The notes below the pieces were generated by a model. That model was not told the DNA's origin. It saw nothing but the letters and a program-made list of their open reading frames with translations, and made no database searches. Of a stretch of 64,000 bases of DNA, positions 1 to 14,366 are shown piece by piece. Origin of the DNA: Calcarisporiella thermophila CBS 279.70 (taxonomy: Eukaryota; Fungi; Calcarisporiellomycota); NCBI RefSeq assembly GCF_041956535.1, contig NW_027192211.1, positions 92,469 to 156,468 of the forward strand, given 5' to 3'. Position numbers and translations under genes: made by a program. Position 1 is the stretch's first letter; each line of letters opens with the position of its first letter.

Positions 1-3000
1 CAAAAATTCCAAGATGTGAACACTGATCTTCGCGCTCGTGATGATCTGTGCTAATTTGGTGAGCGTGGCCGGAAGTTGAGTTGCCATAGACATGGGCAAC
101 TCTACGCAGCAGATCATGAGAGCGTGAATGCACGGTTTCGCAGCTAGCGGTCGTTTCTGTAAACCCTCTTGGAATGCATGCACGAGCTCGAGCTTGTGCG
201 ATTTCGAAAAATGCCGTCGGTAACTAATCAGCGTGGTGAGTGTTTGGTAGGCGACGACGTGCAATTCATCCTTTTTTATTGTCAGCGGTAGATCGACAAT
301 CCCCTCGGTGACACGGTCATTGCGAATCCAGTTGTAAAATGCCGCGCGCAGCTTCAGCACTGATTCGATGGCACCACAGAAGAGATGCTTGTTGCTGAGC
401 TGTACGGGCAGGTGATATAGAATGTACACATATACAACCCAACTTCGCTCGTCACTTAATCGCTTAATAAGCGCTTCAAGGTACAATCCTATAGGAAGCA
501 CCGCCTTTGGAATCGATTTAGGTGAGGCTTCCAGTTTGTCTCCGGCCTGGCCTTCGTGGTCACCCTCGCCTACGTTCCCATCTCCTTTTCCATCTACCTC
601 ACTAGGTGGTTCAACTTCACCAAGAAGAGTTTTCGAATTTGGTGCTTGTGATGACAGTGGTGCCGCGGCGGGTTCGTATGAGACAAAATACGGACTCGCT
701 CGTGACATCACTAGTGAGCACCGATTGCTTCTCCAAGCTACCCACTGCTCAATCGCGGGGGACTCTGGAGCATCCTCTTCGATCATGTTTCCCGCTTTCC
801 ACGATATTGTTCCACCCGAACTCACTGATCTCGCGCTATGATGTCGCTCAAGGCCAGTGGTTCGAATTGAAGGCGGAGGAGAGCGAGTAGAGGTTATTGT
901 CGCACCTTGGAAATCAGGGCTCAACGTATGGCTTGGGTTTTCTCGAAGACTTGTTGTACGTTCTAGCGTAGTACTGAGCTGCTGCGTGCTCACAGCTCCC
1001 CTTTCGGGTTTTGAGCCGGTACTACTGGTCCGGGAGATGCCATCTGCTCCTCTTGGAGAAACTGGTACACTGGAGCTAGTGCCAGGCCCGAAACGGTCCA
1101 GCAAAGAATCCGGTAAGATCCCCTCGTCTGGATGCCTTGCAAGATATAATCGATGGTTAATATCTACACGGATTGCCATCGCGGCATCAAGTAGAGCAAG
1201 TCTTGAACTCTGGTGGGCAAGTGGCGATTCAATCAACTTGATAAGGGTGGTGAACAACTGCATACCCCGCTCGATCTTCGGTGAATACAGACAGCTTTCG
1301 AATAAGCGGATGAACCCAGTAGAGGCGGTGAGAGAGTGGCATAAAGAGTTTTTCGGGTACATAGAGGAGTGTGAAATCAGGGTAGAATACGAGAATCTCC
1401 GTGGTATCGAGGGGGAAGACGGTCCCGAGGAAGAGCGCTGCACATGGCTGTGTGGCATTGGCGAAACTACGCATTTACAATGGATACACTGCAGCAAAAT
1501 ATCAAGCAGTTTCGGGAACCAGACATCATTGCAGCCACAGCAGACATCTACAAGGAAATCAACAGCCTTGGAGGCGATCTCCGGGTCTTTCTCGGTAGTT
1601 AGGCAGGAAAGTACTGGCAGAAGCACCACCTCCGTGAGCTCATCTTCAAACACATCTTTGGACACCTCGTACACGTCGACCATGAGGCTAAATATGCGGG
1701 AACGTACGCTGAATCGAGTTCGCTCATCAATGAAAAATGCCTGCACTGCCTCGGTTAGAGTCTGAAGCCAGTTTACTTCGACTGGATATATAAGCTGTTC
1801 ATGTTGATAGTGTTCTAATAGGGAAAGGACAGAGCCCTCTGAAAGATATCGGCGCAGCTTGTGCACGAGTTGCATAAAGCGGTCGTAAGGGCCATCATAG
1901 GTCGATAGTGTGTGCATAAATTGAACATGGTGGATAAGTCGTGCAAGTCCATGCAGGAATACAAGCCATGGGTCGCTTTCTTCAAGAAGCTCATCCGATG
2001 TGTTTAGAACAACATTGGCAGGGGTGGGGGCGAGGTTGCGACCGGATTTGTCTGCGTCGAAGAGGTAGTGCAGAACATTCTCTGCAATATCATAGATTAT
2101 TTCCCAGTCGATCAACTTAAGCTTCCCTTCGTGTTGCTCGATAAGTAAATTGATACTTTTGAGGATCTGAGCATCAACCTGGAGGCGGCGATATTTCGTC
2201 GCATAGCGAAGCGAGATCAAGAGTGTGTTCAGAGAGAAGTAGAGCTCGGAGACTTGGTAGGCATCGCTTGAGACCTGGGTTAAAAGCATCACTGCGGTCC
2301 GAGCGAGTGTGTCCGGAACCTCAGTGGGGTCACACTCGATTGTTTTGCACAAACACCGAATAGCATTCAGACCTCCGTGGTTCTTTAAAAGATTCTTCAT
2401 CACAGCCCAACTCTGTTTGGTAAAATGTTCAAAACTCGAGAGATGGCAGAGCATGCGCACAAAGCTCGTCATTGCTGGCACGGGAACAAATCCAAAAGGC
2501 ATGACAATCTCTGCAAATTCAAGGCACACAGTTCGGTCGTGGTCATTTTTAGTTCGTAGACACGCCTCTGCTACACCATCAATTAACGCCTTCATGTCTG
2601 TATCCTCACAGCAAGCAGCATTGAACTTCACAATGTTTGCGATAAGTTTGACAATGGGCTGAAGGTATGGGATTGTATTTGAGTCCGAGACGGGGGGCAT
2701 ACTTGTAGTCGTACCTGTCAGCGACTCTAGTTGAGGGAGATAGGACATGGACGTTAGTTTAGCTAGCTAAATAGGGTATATTATAACCATACTTACTTCT
2801 CTCAGAGTCAAGGCGCAGAGCAGCGGCTAACCAATCGCAGAGTAATTTGGGAATATTTTTCTCAAATCCAGATACATCCCTTCCGTTTCGCGTCAGCTCC
2901 CGCAAGGCTGCGAATCGATCCTCAAAGTCATCCCACGAGAAATTCTTCCGAATATCGCGATAAAACACGGCTCGAGTCACGGAATTCAACTCATTGGCAT

Positions 3001-3322
3001 TCCCCTGATGGCAGGCAACGATAAATTTAAAGCATATTTGTCGAGCGTTTGCGGGGCTTTCAGGAGATAGCATGCTCGCTAGTGCGGACCAAACGGCGTC
3101 TATATCCACAATTGGATATTTCTTCACTATTTCACATAATTCTTCAACCACTTGTATGCGCTTCGTGGGCGATGTTGTAGCATTGAGTGCCTGAATAATG
3201 TTCTTGGCGTATAGCGGTCTACTTGAAGATGCTTGTGAGATGCCAAGCGTCTCAGAGAGCGAGGTGTGTGATGATGGACGCGGGAAAAAACCCAAGAACA
3301 ATTTACGCGACCTCTCCGACAT
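1..3322 (-). CDS. TSC2: Tuberin (TSC2), 5' part; runs off the left edge of the window
   Basis: ATG at 3322 (MSERSRKLF...), GT-AG intron 2727-2796, then an apparently open exon to position 1. It encodes tuberin-domain motifs IRVDINHRLYL, YILYHLPVQLSNKHLF, TLISYRRHFSK and CCVELPMSMATQLPATLTKLAQIITSAKISVHILEF. The RapGAP domain would lie outside the window. Confidence 0.92.
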
Positions 3323-4664
3323 TGGCTAATCACGCAATTGAATTTAACGTGATAGGTTAAAAGCAAATTACGTCTGAAGCAGATGGCGTATGAACCTACT
3401 TGTGTCCTTTAGACAAAATCTGGATTAAAGGAGAAATAAATTAATAATCTGTACACAAAATAGTACATCATCTTTCCCTAGTGTGTTTATTGCAAATATT
3501 TTTGGTCATTAAATACCTTTGAAAATCAGTGTAGATTGAACATTGGACAGGTATATGTGGATCGATTTGGTTTTTTTTTTCCGCTGATCTCTTTTTCACC
3601 TAAAGCGACTGTCTTTCCTATACACCATGTTTAGTGATTAAAATTGGAATTTTGTGACTGTCTTCTCGAACCTTGATAAATCAAGCTAAATTAGGACAGG
3701 AGTAATGGTGGGTCGTAATGATCTAATTGAATTAAGACCTGTTCTGATATAAATCGAACAATGGATAGATCTTTAGTACTTAATAAATTTCATCTAATCC
3801 TCCCTTAATAGAGCCAACGTTGGTATCAATTATTCTACTTGTAAGCCTATATAACAGTTCTTACATGACGTAATCATTAATAGAACAATTAAATTATCTT
3901 AATCACAAATACTTTTTGCATGAAAGTTATACGAGCATGTGAATATTTTACTAAACCACAATAAAATCTAAGGGTGGCATCTATACTGTAATCTTTACAC
4001 CAATATCGAATAAGGGTCATCTTATTCGCTATAATTCCATTCTATATTCTTATTAGTTAAAGTATTTATAAAAATACTGTTTAGGGCTATCTGGTTTAGA
4101 GTAGGTTAAAGAGATAATTTCACGGTCCATTTCTTAATTTTGCTCCCTATAACGTACCTATTAAGGACTAAAAGAGATACAGAGTATCCAATTGCTAAAG
4201 ACCTGAACATCCTAAAATTTGTTCATATATAATCCATCTCATGCTATTTCAAAGTCTGTATGGATTTGATAAAACTAGGCGTCATTGCTTTAGTTATGAC
4301 ATAGCCTTGTTAGATGGAATAGCCTGAAAACTAGTATTTGACCTTGCTATGGCCTCGATTACAAATCCATTATTACTCGCTTTGGTGTTGTCACTCACCG
4401 TTAAATTATTTTTATCAGTAGGCAGGTTTATTTCGAACTGCTCTGCTTGAGAGCCGATCTTCAATTCTCTCCAATAAGAATCGATCCCCCTACTTTTTTT
4501 CAGTCCTATGTGTAGGCAATTTCAGGTGCTTCATCTATATTGAAATAATAGGAATCTATATACTTTCACCTTTCTCTTCCAAAAAAAAGTATACCCTATG
4601 ATAGTTTCTTTAACACCTTTTTATTTTTCTTTAGTTTGTACTTGGCCGATTCTTTTTTATATTA

Positions 4665-6768
4665 ATGGCTTGCCTAGATATTGCATATCAAAATATCCAA
4701 AAATCACATTCTAAAGGTTATCCACTACTTCCTTCGCCAAAGGAAAGGAAGTTGGAAGAGATTTCTCGCTTTGACCTTGGTGATAACCCCCCATCTCCAA
4801 GCCCTCTTATAAGCACCTCTGCCAGGTCGTTCATCATTAGTTCTAGTCTCAACCTCGATATACCCCGGAATAGAAGAGCAAAAGCATGGTACGGTTTGAT
4901 AGTAATTGTATTAGTAAATTCTTGTGGGAGTATATCTTGGATGACCTTCTCTGTGGTTTCACGGCCCACGATGAGTATCTTCGATATATCTTACACGGCA
5001 TTCAACTGGTTGAGCAATTCTTCAGCAATCGTGTTTGTCTTGCTTTCCTTCTTCACCAGTTTTTTCTATGATCGATTTGGGATCAAGAAAGTGGTAAGGG
5101 ATTGTTAATATAACTACAAAATTTTTGGTTCATATCAATTCAAAATCTTGTAAGATTATATGGGCGAGCCTCCTTAGCATTCTCGGGTGCGCTATCCGAT
5201 ATTTTTCTACCTATATTCAAGATCGAATACTTCGATATGTGGTACTGATTATCGGTCATGTAAGCTCTATCGTAAAATTCAACTTTTGAGGCGTTATTAA
5301 TAAAATACACCCTTAATTCTAACGATAGGTGATATGCAGCTGCACAAGCCCTTTATCATTGAACGCATCTACAAAAGTAACATATCAAGTGATTTTTTTT
5401 GGAATATATAGTATTTATTATACCATTTTATAACAGTATGCAGGCTATTGGTTTGATGCTAAATCTCGAGTGACAGCAAATATGCTCACAAGTATATACA
5501 AACTTATTCACCTTTCACGGATCTTATCTAAAATTTCACCAAAATAGCGCTTCCTGTCGGATCAATGGCTGGCTCTCTCCTTATTCCTCAGTTGGTACCT
5601 AATCCAGAGTCAGTGCCGCTAATGGTAATTAATTTGAACGAGTTAGCTATGATAGTTAAGTTGATATTGTCTCACCAGTATTTTTATTTTAGCTGTTAAT
5701 TCTCACATTGACATCATTGATCGTAGCGCTATTCACTTTCTTCATGCCGGTTACACCGCCTACCGTTAACAGTGCCTCCGGCAAATCACAGCGCCTTAAC
5801 TTTTACAGTGGACTTCGTCAAATAGCCCGAAACAAACAGTTTTGGCTTCTGGTTTTCATATTCAGCGTGAATCAAGGACTTATCAATGCATTCTCAACTC
5901 TATTGAACCAAATATTATCACCATATGATTACTCTGACAAAACAACCGGAATGATGGGATGCTTATTAATAGGAATCGGTTCAGTCGGAATGAGTAATTT
6001 TACCTTATATATGACTATCAATCTTTCTGCTAAAGTTTAGCCCAAATTGATAGTGCTGTCAGGATTTATCGTTGACCGTACCGGTGCACACAAGAAATTC
6101 TTAAGAACCTTCACACCACTCATGGCTGTTACTTACTTTGGATATTGTTGGACAATTAAGCCAGATGCCTTTTGGTCAATCATAATTAATATTTCTCTCA
6201 ACGGCATCGCATCATTAATTCCGGTGCCGATAACACTAGAGCTTGGAGCAGAATGTGAGTACACCTGTTCATATATCTCTCAGCAAGTGTACTTATCTTG
6301 CATTTCAAAGGCACTTATCCATGCTCTGAATCAACATCAACTTCCATTCTATGGCAGGTTTCGCAGATATTTGCCATTATTTTTGTTACCATCGAAGACA
6401 GACTTCGAGATCCAAACGGAATCCCACCCAACAACTATAGTGCAGCGCTAACTTTCCAAGCCTTTGTCGCATCAACGGCCGGGATTCTGGTGTTTTTTTA
6501 CGATGCTAGGAATTTGCGCTCAGAAAACGAAGCCGAGTTGAAACTAGAGCTATCCGAACCATCTACTCTAGTAAATTCAATAAATGGGGTAAATATGTCG
6601 GAGCTTGCAAAAAAAGAGGATGCCAGACCTTCTCCTGTAACCCCTCATTCCAGAATACCAGTATTTACATATGAGCCTGCACCAAACCCGTCCGAGAGGT
6701 TTAGTTCGGTACCTCAAAGATCAGCATCCCTACAGCCCTGCCAAGCGTTACTTAAAACACCGACATAA
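4665..6768 (+). CDS. MFS transporter, FLVCR/MFSD7 (SLC49)-like, about 8 exons
   Basis: Motifs AWYGL...ISWMTFS, FNWLSNS, YDRFGIKK, YAGYWFDAKSRVTAN, FSTLLNQILSPYDYSD, LELGAECTYPCSESTSTSILW; multiple TM helices; canonical GT-AG introns. Confidence 0.85.
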
Positions 6769-7081
6769 TGTAAATCCATATTTTTTTTTTCGCCTACCAC
6801 CATTTTATCTTATTGTGGGCTGTAATTTTCAGATATAAACGCACTTAGCGTGTCTATATAGCTATGCTTGATTTATATATATTCGAGTATTTACTCTATA
6901 TATATTACGAGACTTCATTGGGTTATCTCAACTTAAAACTGCTTTCCACGCGATTATTATTGTAAATATGAAATAAACGAATCCTGAGAGAGCAGGGACC
7001 TTTATTATAATGGTAATATTATACACAATTTATAGCTGGAATTATGCTGATTTACAATATAAATAAATTAGCGGTAGTGTT

Positions 7082-8388
7082 CTAGTATTCTACCACCGGT
7101 ATGTAAAATGTCAATACACCCGTCTCCACTCGATCTCTTTGTGAAGTTTGTCCAGGAGTTGCCAAATGTTGATGATTCACATATACATAAAACACAATAG
7201 CGTGATGTTCAATTATGCAGCACACCACATTGCTAGGAGAAACATGGTAAGTGTTAAGGAATTTAACGAAATTTTTTACATCAATTCGGGCGGATGCGAA
7301 CTGGTTTTTGTCACGCGTCTGGGAAGGAACGCGAGCAGCTTCGCTCTCGGAATATTCTATATGTTCATAACCGAAAGGATTGAAAAATTAATGCATGTGT
7401 GAATATACCAGACAAGAATTGAATAGCAAGATGTAACGTACCCAGCTCAGGATTAAAGAGTCCCTTATAATAAGTTTCCATTGTCACCATATTGGCTTCA
7501 CATTTAAGGGTAAATTCGCCGTTCATGTTCGCCGAAATTACGACATAGTCGCTTAGTGATTTCATGCGCTCTGCTATAGTCCGAACTGAAAGTAAAGGAG
7601 GCATCATTATGTGAACCTTAAGAAACCAGACCGCTCGAAAGTCAGGATATATACAAAAACCAGCAAGCTCAATTTCCAATCTTATACCTGAGGATCAGGG
7701 CACATTGGCTCTCTAACCATCTCCATCTGCTGCGGAGAGAGAACTCGCACAGGTATATCTTGAGTCAAAGACTGCTTCCGCCCCATTCGTGTCTATTCAA
7801 ATAAAAAGTCAAGTTAAAGTGTAAGAATACACTCTAAAGAAGTATTAGCGACATACTTGACTTGTAATCGCGAGTGAGAGCATAGGAATATTCTCTTTTT
7901 TAGTCAGCTTCATCATGATTTCCAGCGCTCCTTGCGTGGATTTTAGTGCACGAATCAAATACTCGATGTAAAAATCCAAATAAATCTCATTATTAGAAGC
8001 GGACTGAATTCTATAATTCTCGAAAATAGAAGCCTAGAGAATAATAAATGGGATGAAAATTCCGATATATGCGTGTTGATTACATACAGCATCGAGTTGT
8101 CTAAAAAAATACGTTGGTATTCAATAATCAAAGAGGAATTCAGTCAAATATCACTAATACATACGACCACACTTGAACTCCACTATCAGGATCAGTAATA
8201 ATAATAAAATGCAACTTTGCCGGCGTAAATTTCAGTAGACAAGTCTTTCCTAATTTCTCAATGCTTTGAGCAACCTCTGCAGCAAAACATACCAAACCAG
8301 GTTAAATAATCGTATTATGATGTAGATAATTGAAGCTTTACTTACTTGCCAGCAGATTTGGATTTGAAATATTCGTGCGCATCCTCAT
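7082..8388 (-). CDS. HUS1: HUS1 checkpoint clamp subunit (9-1-1 complex), multi-exon
   Basis: Spliced translation MRMRTNI...GVQVWSQL...FENYRIQSASNNEIYL...MKLTKK...LTQDIPVRVL...EPMCPDPQVHIMMPPL...LTFYIPVVEY*, characteristic of Hus1. Confidence 0.9.
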
Positions 8389-8516
8389 GGTGAGTAGTTT
8401 AATATCCTATTTCTAATTGTGTCAACCGCGTTCAATTAATTTATTTTCAAGCCACCAAGTGCTACTTTACGTGTTTTTCGCGATTTTTCTTTGTCGCGAA
8501 ATGAAAAGTTGACATT
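8389..8516. promoter_or_regulatory. 128-bp bidirectional HUS1/DPB2 promoter with MCB/SCB/E2F-like elements
   Basis: Divergent ATGs at 8388 and 8517. CCGCGT at about 8426, TTTTCGCG at about 8475 and TCGCGAAA at about 8494. Confidence 0.6.
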
Positions 8517-10968
8517 ATGGCGCCGAAAATAAGTCGACAGATCTACCGTGCGTTCACCAAATCGTATGGGCTTACACTAAAAGCAGAAGCGGCTCGTTAT
8601 CTCGAAGAAATACTTAGCGATACCCCCGCTGATGAGATAAATGACACTCTCGACCATATAGTGCGAACTTTTACTAAATATAATCAAGGTAATACTTGTG
8701 CAATAAATATTCATGCTAATATCAAATTTATATTCGTATACAAATATATGTATAGAATGCATAATTGTTGAGCGGATCGCTCTGGAGAAGATAATCGAAC
8801 ATCTTCAAACTTCAGCACCGGGAAACCCTTATTTAGATAAGGTGCATGTCGACGACACACCACAAGTTCCAGCAGATGAGCCATTCATAGATGAAGAAGA
8901 AGAACAGGACGAATTTGATCCTTCGCAATATTTAAATGTCATTAATGCATTCAACATGCCAAAAATACGATATCGCGCAGATATCAAGGGATTCTCAAGG
9001 TGAGTCCAAGTATATTATTAGAAGCAAGAAAGTTGACATATTTTTTATTGTATCAGTGATGCAGGCGGAGCTTCTCTATTTGCAGATGCATCTGCAAAGG
9101 CCAGAGTATTTCGAGAGCGATATGAAGTTATAAGACAGCGAGTTTTGCGAAATGAGACATTTTCTCCAGCCTCATTTTCCACAAGGAGAATGAAGGAAAG
9201 CCTACAGGTAATTTATCCTACTATAGCCTGAGTAGAATGTGAAACTAATTTCACTCAATTCAATTTTACAAAAGTTAACCGCTATCAAAGCACTTCTTGG
9301 AAGACAAGGCGGCTCTTTTCTCCTTCTTGGAATGCTCACTCGTATGAGTGATGGCAATTTTTATCTAGAAGATCCAGACGCAACCGTCCTGCTAGATATG
9401 AGCGAATGTGTTTGTATTTTTTACCATGTTATTATTTTGCATTTTATGGCTCATTTTACCTTTTAAACTGATAGACAACCGGGATTGGACTCTTTACCGA
9501 ATCCTGCTTTGTTCTTATCGAAGGAGTTTACACTGATGACGAGGTATTCAAAGTATCATCGATGGGCCTTCCCCCACCAGAACGAAGAGAGGCGAGCTTG
9601 TAAATTACTTTTCCATTTATTTCCATAAAGAATATAACTTAATTGCCTTGATTCCTTTAGAGCGGCGCATGGAAATATTGACTTTCTAGGCTCAACAACC
9701 CCATTCATTGATCTTGTAAATAGAAAACTTCCTACACGCATTTAATGCAAAACTTAATAACTTTTCTCTCATGAATTAGCCCTTATTAGAACGAAAAGAA
9801 AAATACTTTAAGAACATCAGTTTTGTTATCTTGTCGGATGTATGGCTCGACCATCCCAAGGTAATGGTTACAACCATTTCTAGCTTATATATACACTTTT
9901 AATTTTTTTTTTGTATTTAGACACTTTCCAATATTCGTACCATGTTCCAAGGTTATTCCGCATACGTTATTCCGTTGGCATTTATATTCATTGGGAATTT
10001 TACTTCGAAGCCTTTTCTTTATTCTGGAAAAGAGTCAACGAAATACAAAGGTAAGCTCAAGCATGTCAGTAGATTTAATCACGCCTGGCTAAGATAAAAA
10101 TGTAATAATTTTTGCATATTAGAATGCTTTACAGCTCTTGCGGATCTCATTGCTGAATTTCCCACATTAGCTACCTTTTGCTATTTCATATTTGTGCCAG
10201 GCCCACAAGATCCATGGGGAGGTAATACACTTCCTCGCCCGCCAATTCCAGAAGTGTTTACCGCAAAACTTCGAAATAAGGTTAAAAGAGCTGTTTTTAC
10301 TACAAACCCGTGTCGGTAAGGCATAAAAACTATAGCCAACCTCATATTCTAGCAATTTATTTACATAGCTGATTGTTTGAAATTAGTATAAAATACTGCA
10401 CTCAGGAAATAGTAATTCTTAGAGAGGATATTCTAAATAGATTTCGACGAAATTGTGTGGTAACGCCAAACACTGCGCTGGAAGAAGATGAGACAAGACA
10501 CGTAATTGTTTTCTATTTATGTTATGTTCCTTTCTCTGATCTTCTTTATATTTATACATGGCTCTGCTCAATTTTGCTATATAGCTCGTAAAAACTCTAA
10601 TCGATCAATCGCACCTTTGCCCTCTTCCCCTCCATGTTCGACCAACCTATTGGGACTATGATCATTCACTTCGACTTTTTCCAATACCTAATTTGGTATG
10701 CTATAAATCAATAATAGGGTCAAGTTTAATGGTTTTAATAATCTCTCGAGAATAGCTTGTCCTAGCTGACCGTTGCGAGCAGTATGGAGTTACATATGAG
10801 GGCTGTCATTGTGTCAATCCTGGCTCATTTGTTTCTTCGGACTTTTCTTGGAGGATGTATTATCCTGCAACGAGAATATCAGAGAGATGGTAAGCTTGTT
10901 TCCCATATGCTTAGCAATTATGTTCATTCACGAGCATTATTTAAAATAGCGCACTTCCATCAAGGTAG
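8517..10968 (+). CDS. DPB2: DNA polymerase epsilon subunit B (Dpb2/POLE2), about 13 exons
   Basis: [88 protein letters not shown]...[18 protein letters not shown]. Stop TAG at 10966-10968. Confidence 0.95.
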
Positions 10969-11208
10969 TCCCAACAAGTATAATTGTACTAGTTTGTATT
11001 TATTTTTCATACGCACAAAGCTTGGGTGTAGTGCCATTAAATTGTTCAAAAAATTAAACTGAATTAAAATGCTTATTAAAATAACAAAACTACACCTTTT
11101 GGCACAGAAAAAATTAGCAAGATGTGAATCCAATCTTGCTAAAGAATCAATCTCGTCCATTTATTAAGTATATCTCAGAGGACATTTCTCCCATGACTTT
11201 ACGATATT

Positions 11209-12622
11209 TTATTGAGCTGTAATTGATTCCTGTTGTGATTGCAATTGCGATGGATGTGTCGGTCCTGACGTATCTTTCAACGCCATGAGTTGCTTAGAGC
11301 GAAATGCCTCATAATGTATCTGAGCCGTAGTCTCAATAAGATCTTGAAGATGGGTGCGCGTTAGGAAGTTGCGTAGATGGACAAATTCACAATGTGTCTC
11401 ATCCTCTACGTTAATGATACCCCATTTAGTGCGGCGACCCCGTACGAACTTGCCTTCGACTTCAACGCTGAGCTCGGAGCCAACAATTGCGAAGGGAATT
11501 ATTGACTAAACTTTAAAAGTCAAGAAACTGTGAAAAAAAAATCTCTTAAAAATTAAATAGTCACCTTAATACTTTCATTAAGAGTGCGTTCTTGTTCATA
11601 ATCCTCGTCACTTTCGAATGGGTATAGGTTGATGTTGTGAAAAGCCATTTCCTGTTTAATCTATTATAAAAGAATGCGCAATAAATCAATCAAATACTCT
11701 CCATCATATTTTGATAAATGTGGGGGCTTACCCTCTTTTTGAATGCTATTCTTTCCTCCATCGTCAAAGAGTCCGCCTTTAGCAAACAATAATAAAATCA
11801 TTAATATCCTCTCACTTTCTCTAAAAAAAGTGTCATAGATATGCTATTATACCTTGGCAATTACAGGCACTACATTGACTACCTCGGAAAGTTTTTTAAG
11901 AACGACGATGTCAATGGGTTTGAGTGAATGACCGGTTGGCATAATGAAAAAAAGACAGCAATGAATACGCGTATCTTGGATGTAGCGGCCACGCTGTGCA
12001 GTAAGTTCCTTGCGCAGATAGGCAGAATGCTGGTCTTTAATGTATCTGATAATTGGATCCCAGCTAAAAATTATTAAATCTGTTGATTATTATTCGGCTC
12101 AACTGAAGTACTCCCCAAAGAATGTACGTGCCAATTCTCATTATTGACTTGGTCCCCATAGCCAGGTGTATCGACGATATTTAGTTTAAGGCGTACTCCG
12201 TTTTCCTCAATTATATGAGAAACCACTTGGGTCTCTGTGGTCTGTCGGGGAGGTTCTGAAGCATTAGTTCTGCCTTTGGTATCGATCAAATGAGCAGCAA
12301 ATATTGTGTTGACCAGCGTTGATTTACCGAGGCCCGATTGTCCTTAAATAAATGCGTATAAGTAAAGCAATATTGAATTTATTTTGTTACAAACTATTCA
12401 CAATACCTACCACAAACCATAATATTGAATTCGAATCCGCGCTTCAGAAGCTTCTTTTCAATCTGCTGTGTGATCGTGTCAAATCCCACATATCCATTGA
12501 GGTTGGCCTATAGGTTAATAATATTAGAAATGCGTCAGGGCAGATTGCACATCTATTGTCGAGGTATTTTCAACCAGCCAATATATATTAAAATAACTCT
12601 TTATTGAACGAACCTTTTGCAT
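11209..12622 (-). CDS. CDC10: Septin, Cdc10/AspD group
   Basis: YVGFDTITQQIEKKLLKRGFEFNI, GQSGLGKSTLVNT (P-loop), DTPGYGD, IAKADS, RGRRTKWGIINVEDETHCEF; no C-terminal coiled coil. A first micro-exon ATG CAA AAG at 12622 is inferred. Confidence 0.9.
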
Positions 12623-13353
12623 CGCTGAAACTAACATTTATACTGTAGTGATGTTTTGTAGGAATATGCCTGTTAGTGAGTGGAAATTTGGAAAATATGG
12701 ACAGAGAGTATTGATAGTATTGAAGGAACTGGTGAGATATACTACCGAAATGTGGGATGTTTGATAAATATACTTTAAAATTCAAATATGAAAACCAGTT
12801 CACTTTTTATTCGGAACTCGAATTACGATCGATAGTTATAAACATGGCAAAAACTTAATATCACGAATTCGGATAGCGGATGCCTTTTTTACCATACGAC
12901 TATAGGCCCAAATGTTGAAGAGATGTGAATGATCATGAGAAATATTGAGTATAGCTGACCCCATCCTCTCACTCCAATTAACGCCAATGTAATTGTGGGT
13001 TAAGGATCATAACCAGTTGTAGTCTGCCGAGTTTATAGCAACTCTAGTTATATTTACTATAACTGAATAAAGGAAGCAGATAAGTATCTATTGTTATTTT
13101 GGATTGATAGAAATAAATGAAGGGCTTTTAACGAAATCATGCCATTACTAAACATGTCGTGCTCTTGTTACTTAATAACAAATTTAATAAAGAAGTAAAT
13201 TTTAACCTGATTTTTACGCGTAGTTTGTACACAGTACAATTTATAGTAAATGATTTCACATGATATAAAATGGCTATTCAGAAACCTACAAAATTGCAAA
13301 ATTTATTAAATTAACAGTTCATAAATAATAGCGCGCTTATTGAAATTGAAATA

Positions 13354-14366
13354 ATGTCTTCTCCTGTTCAAGTTTATCGTCGCCCTGGTGGATTTCCTGT
13401 GACAATTGTAGTTTTGAATCGACCCGAAGCGCGAAATGCCGTTGATCGTCCTACAGCGGAGGCATTATCCCAGGCTTTTCGTGAATTTGACAAAGATGAA
13501 AATGTACGATATAATGTTTAGTCCTAGCATTATCAAATATTCATTCTATCTTTTTCATTCTTGTAAAGTCGAATGTCGCAATTCTTCATGGTTCTAATTC
13601 CAATTTTTGCGCGGGCGCAGATTTAAGAGCAATGGCTGAATCTAACGGAGAAAGAGTGAATAGACTCTCTGATGATATGCACGAAGATGGGCCGATGGGA
13701 ATTACGAGAATGCGATTGTCCAAGCCAGTTATTGCGAGTGTAGAGGGTTATTGCGTGGCAGGAGGATTCGAACTCGCCTGTTGGTGCGATCTCAGGGTTG
13801 CAAATCCAGACGCACAGTTTGGTGTTCTATGCCGATTAAGAGGAGTCCCACTTATTGATGGCGGGACATTGAGGTAGCTATTTTTCTCATCTTATTATGG
13901 CTTACCCACTAATTACTCAATCAATGCTTATTCTCTTCCTTATTTACGAATTTCCCTCATATCTAACCTACTAAACACACCCGTAAACTAAAGGCTTCCT
14001 GAGCTAATCGGCCGTTCCCGAGCTCTTGATCTCATCCTCACTGGTCGACTTATTTCGGCAAAAGAAGCGTTGGATATAGGCCTGGTTAATCGTATTGCAG
14101 CGTCCACTTCACGCAACCTTCCCGATAGTCTTCCACTAGAATTACGAAATTCGCTATCTCTACGTTCTGCATTTGATCTTGCCCTTCTTCTTTCTTCTCA
14201 TCCACAAACCTGCCTTCGTAACGATCGTCTCAGCGTTTACCGAGCTTACGGCAAGGAAGAACTTGAGGCATTGAAAATCGAATTTGAACATGGCATGAAT
14301 ACACTAAGCAGTGGTGAATTTCTATCGGGTTCGAGGGAATTTATACAAAAGAAGAGTAAACTATAG
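13354..14366 (+). CDS. Enoyl-CoA hydratase/crotonase family protein with a PTS1 (SKL) signal, 3 exons
   Basis: LNRPEARNAV, FCAGADL, GPMG.TRMRLSKPVIA, AGGFELACWCDLRVA, GVPLIDGGT; C-terminus ...KKSKL*. Confidence 0.9.

Noticed and set aside
422-2662. Long plus-strand ORFs, e.g. 857-1765 (302 aa)
   Set aside because: Antisense shadows of the TSC2 exon; no recognisable motifs.
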